NCBI GenBank assembly: GCA_048885865.1 | Contig: JBHLLF010000006.1 | Span: forward strand, 63,306-127,305 | Source of the DNA: Candidatus Hermodarchaeota archaeon | GTDB taxonomy: Archaea; Asgardarchaeota; Thorarchaeia; Thorarchaeales; Thorarchaeaceae | Length of the DNA: 64,000 nt | Reading direction: 5' to 3' | Shown here: positions 38,075 through 48,607 of the stretch, one piece after another | Position numbering within the stretch: the first letter of the stretch is position 1 | Layout of the letters: the number at the start of each line of letters is the position of its first letter | Translations under genes and position numbers: made by a program | The notes under the pieces: model-generated | What the model was told of the DNA's origin: nothing | The model's database searches: none | What the model saw: only the letters and a program-made list of their open reading frames with translations

Positions 38075-38839
38075 CTATTCTATTAGCTGGCGGTACCAAT
38101 ACTCAAACTTCTTTTTGAAGCCTAGACTCTCATAGAGCTGAATGGCCGATTTGTTATCTGCTTCAACTTGGAGATAGGCCTCTTGTGCCCCCTTATCCTG
38201 AGCCCATGATATCAATGCGCGATTGATTGATTTGGCCACTCCCTTTCGCATGTGCTCCTCATCTGTACGCACACCGAATATCCCAAGATACCCTCGATGG
38301 ATAACACCAATAGAGATACCTATCACTGCGCCTCTTTCTCGAACCGAGGCAAACCTCTTCTCTACAGGCATTCGTTCAAAGATTCCTTTCCGAACTCTCA
38401 GGACTTCTGCTGAATGGCCGCTAATTCGGGAATACGAGGAGAACCATTCATCATCTGGCTCCGATGACATCTCCACGTTGTAACCACCGCTCACTTTTAG
38501 GACGTCCTCGATCTTGCTGGTGTGGAAGTATGTCTTCATCTCATAGGCGAACCCATACTTAGCAAGAGCATCATCCAATCCTCTGGGCACGCTAGCTTTG
38601 GTGACCTGGAATCTTGGAATTAAATCTCGACTTCTATAGAAGTTCGCTACATACTCAATGGCCTGATTCAAGGGCAAACCCGGATCCCCATAGGGAAACA
38701 CGCTATTGGCCCTTCTAGTCACACCAGCATCAGCCCGCATTATCCAGTCCCCAAGCGGAACAATCTCCCTGGCGGGCCATGAATGAAATGCAATCACTTC
38801 GAGTTTCTTGATTTCTTCGAGTTCTTCAGAAACGGTCAT
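38075..38839 (-). CDS. GNAT family N-acetyltransferase
   Basis: GVTRRANSV, RKGVA, AYLQV..DN.SA.QLYE.LGF; ATG 38839 preferred over the track start. Confidence 0.85.
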   Translation of the reverse strand: MTVSEELEEIKKLEVIAFHSWPAREIVPLGDWIMRADAGVTRRANSVFPYGDPGLPLNQAIEYVANFYRSRDLIPRFQVTKASVPRGLDDALAKYGFAYEMKTYFHTSKIEDVLKVSGGYNVEMSSEPDDEWFSSYSRISGHSAEVLRVRKGIFERMPVEKRFASVRERGAVIGISIGVIHRGYLGIFGVRTDEEHMRKGVAKSINRALISWAQDKGAQEAYLQVEADNKSAIQLYESLGFKKKFEYWYRQLIE

Positions 38840-38938
38840 TATCAGCCACGCTCCCTGCGCGCCTGTGTGAAGCGCCCGTCCACTACATTGATTTGATGGC
38901 TTACCTTCGAACGTATTGCAAAGGATGTTGATAAAATA

Positions 38939-39880
38939 ATGGGAAGACTCAGGTGGAATCCATTTCTGGGAGAATGGGTCATAGTCACGCCCAAGAGAGC
39001 GACAAGACCATTTCAAGAAAGAGACCAAGTATGCCCATTCTGTCCAGGGGGCCCTGAAACACAAGGTGACTGGCAAGTTCTTACACTTGATAATCTATAT
39101 CCTTCTTTAAGCCCCGACTCTGGACCAATTCCCATAGACGAGAATGTCGTGATGGACGCACCTGCCTACGGGTATTGCAGGATAATCCTCCTCTCCCGAA
39201 ACCACGATGAGCAGATCGAAGTGATGGATGATGCAAAGCTTGAGCTGGTCTTTAGGGAGTACTTGGAGGCCTTCAAAGAACTCAGCAACAAAAAAGGGAT
39301 TGAATACGTGGTGCAGTTTGAGAATAGGGGGAGGGCAATCGGGGTGAGTCTGAATCATCCTCATGCTCAGGTCTATGCGCTACCTTTCGTGCCTCCAAGA
39401 TTGATTAAAGAGCTAGAACAGTCCAAGAAGTTCTGGGACAAAGAAGACACCTGCCTCGTGTGTAAAATGCTTGAGAACGAATTGAAGTCCTTTGAGTCAA
39501 GAGTAATCAATGAAACAGACAACTTTGTTTCGTTGGTTCCGTTTTCAGCTAGACTACCATATGAGGTTCATCTCTATCCAAGAAAACATGTGTCAAGTCT
39601 GGAGGAACTGGAGAACAACCTTCTTGAGTTTGGCCAAGCCATTCAGGATATTGTGCGGCGATATTCCAGGATTTTTGAGGAATTGGCATATGTGATGGTC
39701 TTTCATCCTCGCCCTGCAGTTGGAGACCACCCTCATTGGCACTTCCATGTGGAGTTCTATCCACCCTGGAGGGATCGAACAAGACTGAAGTATTTGGCAG
39801 GCATTGAGCTAGGAGCAGGCACCTACACAAATGACTCGATTCCAGAAGAGATTGCAGAGGAACTGAGAGAGGCGCTTTAG
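38939..39880 (+). CDS. galT: Galactose-1-phosphate uridylyltransferase
   Basis: RWNP..GEWV, CPFCPG, FENRG..G.SL.HPHAQ, KYLAG.E. Confidence 0.93.
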   Translation: MGRLRWNPFLGEWVIVTPKRATRPFQERDQVCPFCPGGPETQGDWQVLTLDNLYPSLSPDSGPIPIDENVVMDAPAYGYCRIILLSRNHDEQIEVMDDAKLELVFREYLEAFKELSNKKGIEYVVQFENRGRAIGVSLNHPHAQVYALPFVPPRLIKELEQSKKFWDKEDTCLVCKMLENELKSFESRVINETDNFVSLVPFSARLPYEVHLYPRKHVSSLEELENNLLEFGQAIQDIVRRYSRIFEELAYVMVFHPRPAVGDHPHWHFHVEFYPPWRDRTRLKYLAGIELGAGTYTNDSIPEEIAEELREAL

Positions 39881-41038
39881 ATGGATATTCCAGACAAGAT
39901 GCATGAGGGTGTGAAAGAACTCAAGGAGATGGACAATGAAGTTTGGGTCGCCAGGGCTCCTGGAAGAGTCGAGGTGTTGGGGAATCATACTGATTACAAT
40001 AGTGGATTGGTGATGGCTGCTACAATTGACCGATTTGTTTGGGCGGCGGGGATTGCTTCCGATGAGGTTGAAATTCATTCTTTGGACTTTAACGAAAGCA
40101 CCTCCTTTTCACCAAGAGGCCTTCGGTCGAACAATGAGATTCTGTGGGACAGCTACGCAAGAGGGGTCTATTGGGCTTTTGAAAGGAGAAAGCATGCCGT
40201 GAAAGGGCTGACTGGCATAATTCATGGAAACATCCCAATAGGCGCTGGTCTCAGCTCCTCAGCGGCACTGGAGGTCGCTCTGGTGAATGAGATTGCCGCT
40301 GCCAGTGGACTGACGTTAAACCCAAAGGCTGCAGCCATGATAGCATTTGAGGCGGAACGACTCTTTTGCGGCATATCATGCGGTGTCATGGACCAATTCA
40401 CTTCGCAACTCGGACAGCAAGATTCTGTATTGGCAATCAAATGCGGGAATCTTCAGACGAAGAGCATTCTCATGAGCTCGAATCTCAAGATGGTCATCAC
40501 TGACTCAAAGGTGTCAAGACCAGCTGGAGATGTGCTGAATGAGCGACGAGCTGAATGCTTGTCTGCGTTGAAACAGCTCAATGAGAGCGGGATGAATTTG
40601 CAGAGTCTAAGCGATATTGGATCAGACCAGTTGGATGCGGTAGATGATATTCTAGAGGATAAACTAGCTCGTCGCGTTCGTCATGTTGTGTCTGAGAATG
40701 TACGCGTCAGAGAGGGAATCGACGCACTCGAGAAGGCAGACCTACGCCGATTCGGAGTCCTCCTCTATGAGTCGCACACTAGCTCAAAGGAACTCTATGA
40801 GGTTTCACATCCCAGACTCGACCTCTTGGTTGACATAGCTCGGAGCCATAAGGGCGTGTATGGAAGTAGGATGACTGGAGCGGGACTTGGGGGGGCAACT
40901 CTGAGTCTTGTAGCTAATAAATATGCACAGGATTTCAAAGAGGAAATTTCCGAGGCATATGAATCTCAGACTAATGAAACTCCAGATGTTTACGTGTCGG
41001 AAATTCCCGGCGGCGTGATGGTTGAAAGATTGGAGTAG
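39881..41038 (+). CDS. galK: Galactokinase
   Basis: APGRV..LG.HTDYN, PIGAGLSSSAA, CGVMDQ, GSRMTGAG.GG. Confidence 0.93.
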   Translation: MDIPDKMHEGVKELKEMDNEVWVARAPGRVEVLGNHTDYNSGLVMAATIDRFVWAAGIASDEVEIHSLDFNESTSFSPRGLRSNNEILWDSYARGVYWAFERRKHAVKGLTGIIHGNIPIGAGLSSSAALEVALVNEIAAASGLTLNPKAAAMIAFEAERLFCGISCGVMDQFTSQLGQQDSVLAIKCGNLQTKSILMSSNLKMVITDSKVSRPAGDVLNERRAECLSALKQLNESGMNLQSLSDIGSDQLDAVDDILEDKLARRVRHVVSENVRVREGIDALEKADLRRFGVLLYESHTSSKELYEVSHPRLDLLVDIARSHKGVYGSRMTGAGLGGATLSLVANKYAQDFKEEISEAYESQTNETPDVYVSEIPGGVMVERLE

Positions 41039-41109
41039 GCAGACCTCATTCGAGTCATTCATATTGGGGATGAAAATGAATCGGAGCATTTGACTGACGG
41101 TGATTAATC

Positions 41110-44034
41110 ATGGAGCCGGACAACGTTGAAGCGATTCTGATCAGCGAAACACACTGGGATCGGGCTTGGTATAGGACCTTTCAACAATTCAGACTTAGAC
41201 TTGTGAATCTTGTTAACGACCTCTTGGACATCTTGGATAGAGACCTTGAGTTTAAGACCTTCACATTTGATGGTCAGACGGTTGTGATAGAAGACTATCT
41301 CGAGATGGTGCCTCATCAGCGAGAGAGGTTCACAAGACATGTGAAAGATGGCCGCATCGATATTGGACCGTGGTATGTCCTGCCTGACGTGTTTCTTGTT
41401 TCTGGAGAAGCTCTAATCCGCAATCTTCTGATGGGAATCAGAATTGGCAAGGAGTTCGGCGGAGTCATAGATGTTGGGTATATACCAGACCCATTTGGTC
41501 ATGTAAGTCAGATTCCTATGATATTGTCGCAGTTCAACTATGATTCTGCGATTTTCGCTCGTGGAACGGGCAATGAGATAGATAATCTCGGTGCGGAGTT
41601 CATCTGGGAGGCTTCAGACGGCAGCGAAGTCTTGACACACTGGCTGCCCTATTCATATGGAAATGCAGCCAGACTACCAGAGGATATTGGCGACGCACTA
41701 GGCACCCTTGATGATGTCGTCCAGAAGCTCAAACCGTGGTCACGAATAGGCACCGTTCTCTTGATGAATGGCTCAGATCACGTGTTGCCACAACCGCAGG
41801 TACCCGAAGTAATTCGAATCTACAACGAGAAGTACGATGACAAGATTGTCTTCGGTTCGCTTCCCATGTTTATTGATAGGATAAGGAAAAAGAAAGATGA
41901 CCTCAAACGTTTTCGCGGCGAGTTTAGAAGATCTAAATATGAAAACCTGCTCTCAGGAGTCTATTCCACCAGGATATACCTCAAACAGATGAACGAGTAT
42001 ATTCAGAGATTGCTTGAGAGAACCGTTGAACCTTGGTGTTCAGTTGCCTATGCACTAGGTTCACCATATCCTAGAGATCAGATCATACTGGCGTGGAAAT
42101 ATCTTCTGAAAAATCATCCCCATGACGATATCTGTGGCTGTAGCATCGACGAGGTCCATGATGACATGGTGCAGAGATTCAGATGGGCAGATGAGATTGC
42201 CGGGGCATTGGTAGATGATGCATACGATACTATCGTGAAAGCGCATGAAACAGAGTCTACAGGAATAGTGGTGGTCAATCCTTCTCCAAGAGCACGAAAT
42301 GACATTGTCATAATGGAGATGCCAGCATCAGACTTTAGATACACTCGATTGGCTGACATTCAGCTTATCGACAATGATCTTGAGCCTGAAACTGCACTGG
42401 AAGCAGCAAAGAATGAGGCTCATATCAACTTCGTAAAGCTCTATGGTTTCGATCCATCACCAACTCAAACAAGAGAGATCAAGATTGGGGAAGAAGTGAT
42501 CACTGAGTTCGAGTTTGACTTCAGTGCATTGGCCTTCATGTTCCCTCAGTTTCTTGAGTTCCTAACACATCTTTCGACAGCTTATCGAATCAGAGTCAAT
42601 TCTGCGAACAAGATAGTTGAGGTCTGGGCTAGGAAAGCGTATGCAGGGAATGAGATGAAAGGAATTCCTGTACTCAGGACAGAAGAAGGAGAGGCAATTC
42701 CAGTTCAGCTCCTCAGCCATGAAACTCGAAAGGATGATGATGCCAGACTCATTGCAGATAGAGAAGAGTTCCTGACAATTGCCATGCAGGTTCCTGTAGT
42801 TGATGGCCTAGGTACGCTTCGTCTGGATTTGACGAACGATCTTGAAGAGGCTGCCTCAAATGTTGAGGGAGCGGTGAAGAGCTCCGATAGCACTTTGGAA
42901 AACAATCTCATAAAGGTGAAAGCTTCATCAAATGGCACAATCAAGCTGACTGACAAGAGGAATGGAGAGGAGTATGAGGGCCTCCTAGAATGGGAAGACT
43001 CTGGAGATGTTGGCGATGAATACGACTATAATCCCATAAAGTCAGATACATCCATTCGGTCCTGCAGCTTGAATTTCGATATTGAGGTTATTCAGACTGG
43101 CCCATTGGTGGGCTCCTTGTTAATATCAGGAGCTCTTGAGTTGCCGATAAATGCGGTGCTGGGAAATGAAGGACGTGCTGAAGAAACTGTTCTCTGTGAC
43201 TTTGCTACGGAAATTACAGTGCATGCCAACAGTCCTACTCTGCATGTAGTCACTGAGTTCGTAAATCAGGCTGAAGACCATAGACTGAGGGTTCTCTTCC
43301 CCAGCGGTACGAATGCGAAGACAGTGCTTGCTGACAGCGCCTTTGACCTTATGGAGAGGCCTGTCCGACCATTAGATGATGACTCTGATTGGAAGCAGCC
43401 TGTAGCACCGACCTATCCAATGCGAAGATTTGTGTCCTTGAGCTCTGATACTCGAGGGATCGTAATTACGACCAGAGGCTTGCCTGAATTTGAGATTCTA
43501 GAGGAGCAAGGAGGCACGATCGCTCTTACCACTCTCAGGTCCGTTGGGTGGCTGTCAAAAGGAAATCTTATGACACGAAGGGATGCTGCAGGACCAATCT
43601 TGGAGACCCCAGGAGGACAGTGCCTTGGTCTTCAGATATTCGAGTATGCAATAACTCCACATGAAGGTGATCGGCCCGAGGACATCTTATCCAATTCAGA
43701 AGCGTTCCTTCTTCCTATGACCGCTATACTCACTCCCGGGAGAGAAGGTGCAAGAGGAGTTCGCAGTGCCAGCTACCTTAGCATAGAACCAGAGTGCATT
43801 GAGTTGTCAGCATTCAAGCAGTGTGAAGAGGGGGAAGAGCTTGCTGTCAGACTGTGGAACTCTTCTGATGTGGAGCAGGAATGCAAGCTGGACTTTGGTT
43901 TTGACATCAAGAAAGTGACACCAGCGAGAGCAGATGAAACGCCAATCGAGGAGCAGGTCAAATTGGAAAAGAACAGGATTATCACCGCTAAGATCAAACC
44001 TCGGGGTCTCTTGACTCTCCTTCTTGACATCTGA
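41110..44034 (+). CDS. Alpha-mannosidase, glycoside hydrolase family 38
   Basis: THWDRAW, DGQT, GPWY..PD, PDPFGH, NG.DH, HDDICGCS. Confidence 0.9.
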   Translation: MEPDNVEAILISETHWDRAWYRTFQQFRLRLVNLVNDLLDILDRDLEFKTFTFDGQTVVIEDYLEMVPHQRERFTRHVKDGRIDIGPWYVLPDVFLVSGEALIRNLLMGIRIGKEFGGVIDVGYIPDPFGHVSQIPMILSQFNYDSAIFARGTGNEIDNLGAEFIWEASDGSEVLTHWLPYSYGNAARLPEDIGDALGTLDDVVQKLKPWSRIGTVLLMNGSDHVLPQPQVPEVIRIYNEKYDDKIVFGSLPMFIDRIRKKKDDLKRFRGEFRRSKYENLLSGVYSTRIYLKQMNEYIQRLLERTVEPWCSVAYALGSPYPRDQIILAWKYLLKNHPHDDICGCSIDEVHDDMVQRFRWADEIAGALVDDAYDTIVKAHETESTGIVVVNPSPRARNDIVIMEMPASDFRYTRLADIQLIDNDLEPETALEAAKNEAHINFVKLYGFDPSPTQTREIKIGEEVITEFEFDFSALAFMFPQFLEFLTHLSTAYRIRVNSANKIVEVWARKAYAGNEMKGIPVLRTEEGEAIPVQLLSHETRKDDDARLIADREEFLTIAMQVPVVDGLGTLRLDLTNDLEEAASNVEGAVKSSDSTLENNLIKVKASSNGTIKLTDKRNGEEYEGLLEWEDSGDVGDEYDYNPIKSDTSIRSCSLNFDIEVIQTGPLVGSLLISGALELPINAVLGNEGRAEETVLCDFATEITVHANSPTLHVVTEFVNQAEDHRLRVLFPSGTNAKTVLADSAFDLMERPVRPLDDDSDWKQPVAPTYPMRRFVSLSSDTRGIVITTRGLPEFEILEEQGGTIALTTLRSVGWLSKGNLMTRRDAAGPILETPGGQCLGLQIFEYAITPHEGDRPEDILSNSEAFLLPMTAILTPGREGARGVRSASYLSIEPECIELSAFKQCEEGEELAVRLWNSSDVEQECKLDFGFDIKKVTPARADETPIEEQVKLEKNRIITAKIKPRGLLTLLLDI

Positions 44035-44155
44035 AAGCGAAGGATTTCACCAACAGTTTATATGCAAGTCAAAGTTCCTACATCATACCCTTAAATATAC
44101 TCAGATAGCTGTTATTAGTATTCTTTTACCAGCCGCACGCCACGGGGTATAGGGA

Positions 44156-45085
44156 ATGGTTACGACCCACAGGACCGCGCATGACAGCCGCATTGAAAAT
44201 TTGTTCATGTCAGTCAATGTTGGGTCTGTAGTTGCAATCGCTCTTTATGGAGTGTTCTTCTTTGGATATCTCCTCACTCATAATGAACTCATGCAGCAGA
44301 TAGAACAGGCATTAATTGACTGGGACTTTATCGCTCTTCAGAACGCACTGGAAGCAGTCGCCGATGGAGTCATGGGAGTTACAGGTTGGGTCCGAGTGGC
44401 TTTTGGCCTTGGCCTGCTTCTCATGGCGCTCATGTTCATCCTGAACACTGGAGGGATTATCTTCTCAGTGTTCATCCACAAGTCATTCAGTGCTGGAGGA
44501 ACTCCAACTGTCTCATGGTGGAGGTTGAGCCTCTCAAGACTATCTCTCACAGTCAGGTTGCTAGTCTTCATCGCCCTTTACAAGCTGAGCGGACTTGCTG
44601 GTTTCTCAATCCTTCAAGAGTTCTTCCCTGACAGCCCAGTCCTCAATATTGGCTTCTTCATAAGCAGCGCGTTGAGTTTCGGCACATTCGTTGTACTTGC
44701 CAGCGTGATCAAGGTAGTGGTCTATGAAGTTGGCCGTTATGAAACAATGGTCGAAGCCAATAGAATCCGAATCGCCGGCTCACTGACAGAGTACATGACC
44801 AGATGGAGAAACGAGATGATTCTGGTCGAAGAAGCGCTCCTATCAAGAGATGCTGGCTATGTGAGGGCGAAGCTTGAAGATGCCACAAGGGACATGAAAT
44901 CAGACATTCGTTTGCTTGAGAGGTCAAAGAGCGACCTCGCGCGGATCGCATCACCTAGGGGGATTATCAAGAAATTGCTCACAGCATTTCTCGGAGTTGT
45001 TGTAATTCAAATCATCACAGATGTCATCCTGTACATAGGATGGGGCACCGTACTTGAGTACATACTGGGGTGGATACTATCATGA
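44156..45085 (+). CDS. Multi-pass membrane protein with cytoplasmic coiled coil
   Basis: Four N-terminal TMs, charged helical segment, C-terminal TM; ATGA overlap with the next gene. Confidence 0.65.
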   Translation: MVTTHRTAHDSRIENLFMSVNVGSVVAIALYGVFFFGYLLTHNELMQQIEQALIDWDFIALQNALEAVADGVMGVTGWVRVAFGLGLLLMALMFILNTGGIIFSVFIHKSFSAGGTPTVSWWRLSLSRLSLTVRLLVFIALYKLSGLAGFSILQEFFPDSPVLNIGFFISSALSFGTFVVLASVIKVVVYEVGRYETMVEANRIRIAGSLTEYMTRWRNEMILVEEALLSRDAGYVRAKLEDATRDMKSDIRLLERSKSDLARIASPRGIIKKLLTAFLGVVVIQIITDVILYIGWGTVLEYILGWILS

Positions 45086-46140
45086 AGAAACCATTGACTA
45101 CGATTGTCACCAGTAACAAGGGCGGTAGCGGAAAGACTCCAATCTCGCTGAATCTTGCTGTTTGGGGACTATCACAAGACCCACCATTGAAGGTCCTCGT
45201 CATCGACATCAATCATACCAATCAAGACCTGTTCCAAGCCATGCAGCATCTCACTCTTGGAAACGGGGGCGGCTTTGAAACCGCCTTCTCCCTTGAGAAA
45301 ACAGGGACTGCATACTATCTTCCGCTCTCCGAAGAACTCCATCTTGTGCGTTCGCGAGCATTCCAGCCGCTGACACCTGCTCAGACTGTTGAGATGATAA
45401 CCGAGTCCACTACCCAGTTTGCCTCACAGAAAGGACAGGGAGTCTTCAATCCTGACCTGATAGTCTTGGATGGCAACTACTGCTTCCCAAGCTATCGCAT
45501 AAAACAGAAGATGGCTGTAGACTATCCGCCTTTTGTGTTCTTCAACATCTGGAGTATAACAAGTCCCCATGAGCTACGGATGCCTAAGGATTACCGTGCG
45601 ACCATCATGAACTACAAGGACTGGTTTGAGGCTGAGTCATGGGACAGCACGAATTTCATTCATGTGTTCACAGTTCTTGAGAAGGAGCGAAGACTAGTGT
45701 CGGAGATGTCCAGAATAATCAAGTTTCAACGGGCGATGTACTCTGTCCCCGGCTCTGACGACCTTGCAGACCTCTATCGGAGAATTGCTGAGGACAAGAC
45801 CTCCAAGGTCCAGGGCTTTTCCTTTGACCAAGTCCAGAGAGAGGTATTCTCGCCAATATTGTCTGAGCTTGACTCTCTGTTAGTAGAAGAACCAAGCAGC
45901 TATTCTGAGGACGTGATCAACGCCCGGTGGGTTGAACGCATCAACATATTCCTCACAAATCACAGAGTATTTCCAAAGAACGTGTTCCCCCTGCCGCACT
46001 TTTACCCATTCCTGAGGAAGGCCGTTGTCGACATGATACTTAGAGATCGGATTGAACTACCAAAGGTCATAGAAATGTTCGGCGATTTCTACCGGTGGAT
46101 TAAATTGTTCATGGACCGTTATGTCAGTGAACTTGATTGA
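45082..46140 (+). CDS. ParA/MinD-superfamily ATPase, divergent C-terminus
   Basis: Deviant Walker A SNKGGSGKT, VLVID, DLIVLD. Confidence 0.75.
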   Translation: MKKPLTTIVTSNKGGSGKTPISLNLAVWGLSQDPPLKVLVIDINHTNQDLFQAMQHLTLGNGGGFETAFSLEKTGTAYYLPLSEELHLVRSRAFQPLTPAQTVEMITESTTQFASQKGQGVFNPDLIVLDGNYCFPSYRIKQKMAVDYPPFVFFNIWSITSPHELRMPKDYRATIMNYKDWFEAESWDSTNFIHVFTVLEKERRLVSEMSRIIKFQRAMYSVPGSDDLADLYRRIAEDKTSKVQGFSFDQVQREVFSPILSELDSLLVEEPSSYSEDVINARWVERINIFLTNHRVFPKNVFPLPHFYPFLRKAVVDMILRDRIELPKVIEMFGDFYRWIKLFMDRYVSELD

Positions 46141-46184
46141 GTGACGACACAGCCATAAATAACCTCTGAGTCGTATAGTGCATC

Positions 46185-46916
46185 ATGCTCGACCCAACTT
46201 TAGATCCCAAATCTATCGTCAGAGCCTATGCACCGATACTCCATTTCCACCCGAGAGAGGGCGAGCACTGCTGCTATCCATCTGATGCTGAGGAGATTTT
46301 CTCCAAGTATGGTTCCGACTGGACACAGTTCATGGTTGACCCAAGCCCAAAGACATTCCAGCCGGATGCACCATGCTACTATGAGTACTGGCTGGATAAG
46401 GACATGTTCCAGATCAAGTACTGGTTCTGGTATCGATACAACGACTTTCCGAAAGCCCCCTTCAATCGAGGCAAGCATAAGGGAGACTGGGAACATGTGG
46501 AGGTCAGACACTATTTGCCATCGTCAAAAATCCCATGTGCTATCTGGTTCCTCTCATACCATCGTGAGGCGATACTTGTGTCGTTTCCTTCGTCCTATAC
46601 TATTCCAGAGTTCATTCCGGAACCTATCACTCTCACTGACAACCATATCCATGTGTGGGTGGCCCTGGGGTCTCATGCGAACTTTCCCTCGCCCCACGGA
46701 CCAAAGAGGAGAATAGCCCTATTCTGGAAGGACACCACTGATGACGGAGGAGAGATCTGGTACACAGAGCCGGTTCTGAAGCCTATCGATGACACGAACT
46801 TTGCGGACTATGAAGGAAGGTGGGGTGACAACAGGTCGCCTTTAGCACCAAGGAACCCCTATAATAATAGAACCAGGAATGCCCCCCTTGTTAAGCCAAT
46901 TCCTTTCAATCCATGA
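46185..46916 (+). CDS. Vps62/NPP1-like protein
   Basis: YAPILHFH..E, YWFWY.YND....H.GDWEHV, A.GSHANF, F..Y.GRWG. Confidence 0.7.
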   Translation: MLDPTLDPKSIVRAYAPILHFHPREGEHCCYPSDAEEIFSKYGSDWTQFMVDPSPKTFQPDAPCYYEYWLDKDMFQIKYWFWYRYNDFPKAPFNRGKHKGDWEHVEVRHYLPSSKIPCAIWFLSYHREAILVSFPSSYTIPEFIPEPITLTDNHIHVWVALGSHANFPSPHGPKRRIALFWKDTTDDGGEIWYTEPVLKPIDDTNFADYEGRWGDNRSPLAPRNPYNNRTRNAPLVKPIPFNP

Positions 46917-48003
46917 ACTCAATCCTCTCTCCGAACTCTTCAGCAAAGCCGGAGAGGCTTTCTACAGTCCTTGCATCGAGAGGAATTCCATTTCTCTCTC
47001 GTTGATCATGGATTTCGAACTCCTTCTCTCCATGAACATAGATTCTCGGGCAGTTCTCAGCCTTGTTTGAATTGTGAATAAGGTCAACATAGTCATCCAT
47101 CCTCTTCTTGAAAGCTCCAACATCCATGAAAAACGCAGGATCGAGGACCATGAAGAAATGGCTGACCCGAGGATGATTCACAGTGCCTTCCTTTCTGAAT
47201 ACGACGTCTGGTCCGTAGTTGGAACCAGACAGGACTCCGCTCAACACATCCACCATCATTGAGAGACCGTAACCCTTGTGGCCTCCGTGCAGCTCACCCT
47301 CACCGCCTAGAGGAAGAATGCCACCTCCATACCCATGCAGAACATTGTTCAGTACTCGTGCTGGATCATCGGTGCTGACACCATTCTCATCAGTGGCCCA
47401 TCCTAGAGGTGTCTTCTGCCCAAGACGGTTATAGACCTCGAGCTTTCCACGGGGCACTACGCTGGTAGCAAGGTCCATCACCCAGGGACTATTTCGAGAC
47501 CCCGGCACAGCAATGGAAATTGGGTTTGTTCCTAGTATTGCATCCTTGGCAAAGGTTGGAACAACGAGCGGCTCTGAATTCGTTAGTGATATTCCAATGA
47601 GGTCGTGTTCGAGAGCCTTCATGGCATAATAACCGGCGAAGCCATAGTGGTTGGAATTGAAGACGGTGACAAGCCCAATACCCTCCTTTTTCCCTTTGGC
47701 GATGGCGAGGTTCATCCCGAACATGCCAGCGTTCTGCCCTACGCCATTTCGAGCATCGACATTGGCGAGAACGCTGTTCTCCCTCACTATCTCTGGAACG
47801 ATATCAGGGATGATGTATCCATCCTTGATTCCGCCAACATATCGTTTCACTCGACCCACTCCATGGGAGTCGATGCCCCTCAGATTTGAAGTAACAAGAT
47901 TGTCCGCAACGTGATGCGCACTATCTTCAGGCACGCCACATTTCATCATAACTCTCTTCACAAAGCTGTACAGATTTTCCCAGTGTATCAGCCTCTCGCT
48001 CAT
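46906..48003 (-). CDS. Ldh_2 family (malate/L-lactate/sulfolactate) dehydrogenase
   Basis: RGIDSHG, NSNHYG, GTNPI, DLATS, GGHKGYGL. Confidence 0.9.
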   Translation of the reverse strand: MSERLIHWENLYSFVKRVMMKCGVPEDSAHHVADNLVTSNLRGIDSHGVGRVKRYVGGIKDGYIIPDIVPEIVRENSVLANVDARNGVGQNAGMFGMNLAIAKGKKEGIGLVTVFNSNHYGFAGYYAMKALEHDLIGISLTNSEPLVVPTFAKDAILGTNPISIAVPGSRNSPWVMDLATSVVPRGKLEVYNRLGQKTPLGWATDENGVSTDDPARVLNNVLHGYGGGILPLGGEGELHGGHKGYGLSMMVDVLSGVLSGSNYGPDVVFRKEGTVNHPRVSHFFMVLDPAFFMDVGAFKKRMDDYVDLIHNSNKAENCPRIYVHGEKEFEIHDQRERNGIPLDARTVESLSGFAEEFGERIEFMD

Positions 48004-48078
48004 CGTAGAACCGCCTTGCAGATGATAGACGAGAGCGTGTATTTCTGCGATAAAAGCATCAGGTTTTGCACACCAGAT

Positions 48079-48594
48079 TCAGATATCCTCCAAAGAGCTG
48101 TCCCATGGAGTCCTGCGTGGAATCCAACGCGGAACATTCTCAGCATATCGCAGATACTCATCACCGAATCGTTTCACCAGCCCTGGCTCTTCAGACTTGA
48201 TGAAATAGAAATGGTTTCCAATGAGGAAAAGAAGGAACCACAGGTATAACCAGATTGATCCAAAGAGGATTGACTCCCCCAGGAGAATCAAGAGAACCCC
48301 TTCTATCATAGGGTTCCTCATATGGAGATAGATTCCTTGAACAATCAGTTTCTGGGGAGGATTCCATGGTGCGAGTGTTCCCTGTCCAATTCTAGCAAAC
48401 ATCTTGATAGTGTAGGCAAGAAGATAGAAGCCTCCAATTATCAGAAGAATGGAGAGGGGAACTGCTAGGAAATTGAGTGGGAATAGCAATAGCCAGCTTG
48501 GAAGCCAACTGGTAGGAAACAGGACCGCGACAGGGACCATGATTGTCACTACAAAGGGTAGCATAAATGACTGCGCGTGTGCCATTCTGCTCAT
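48079..48594 (-). CDS. Isoprenylcysteine carboxylmethyltransferase / PEMT family protein
   Basis: G.GT.APW.PP..L...G.Y...RNPM, EE..L..RFG..Y..Y...VPRW. Confidence 0.88.
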   Translation of the reverse strand: MSRMAHAQSFMLPFVVTIMVPVAVLFPTSWLPSWLLLFPLNFLAVPLSILLIIGGFYLLAYTIKMFARIGQGTLAPWNPPQKLIVQGIYLHMRNPMIEGVLLILLGESILFGSIWLYLWFLLFLIGNHFYFIKSEEPGLVKRFGDEYLRYAENVPRWIPRRTPWDSSLEDI

Positions 48595-48607
48595 TCTCAG
48601 GACTCCC

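Noticed and set aside
48079-48594. ICMT-family gene as evidence for GTPase prenylation/methylation
   Set aside because: Neither Rab-like domain ends in a Cys motif, and this family is widespread in prokaryotes.
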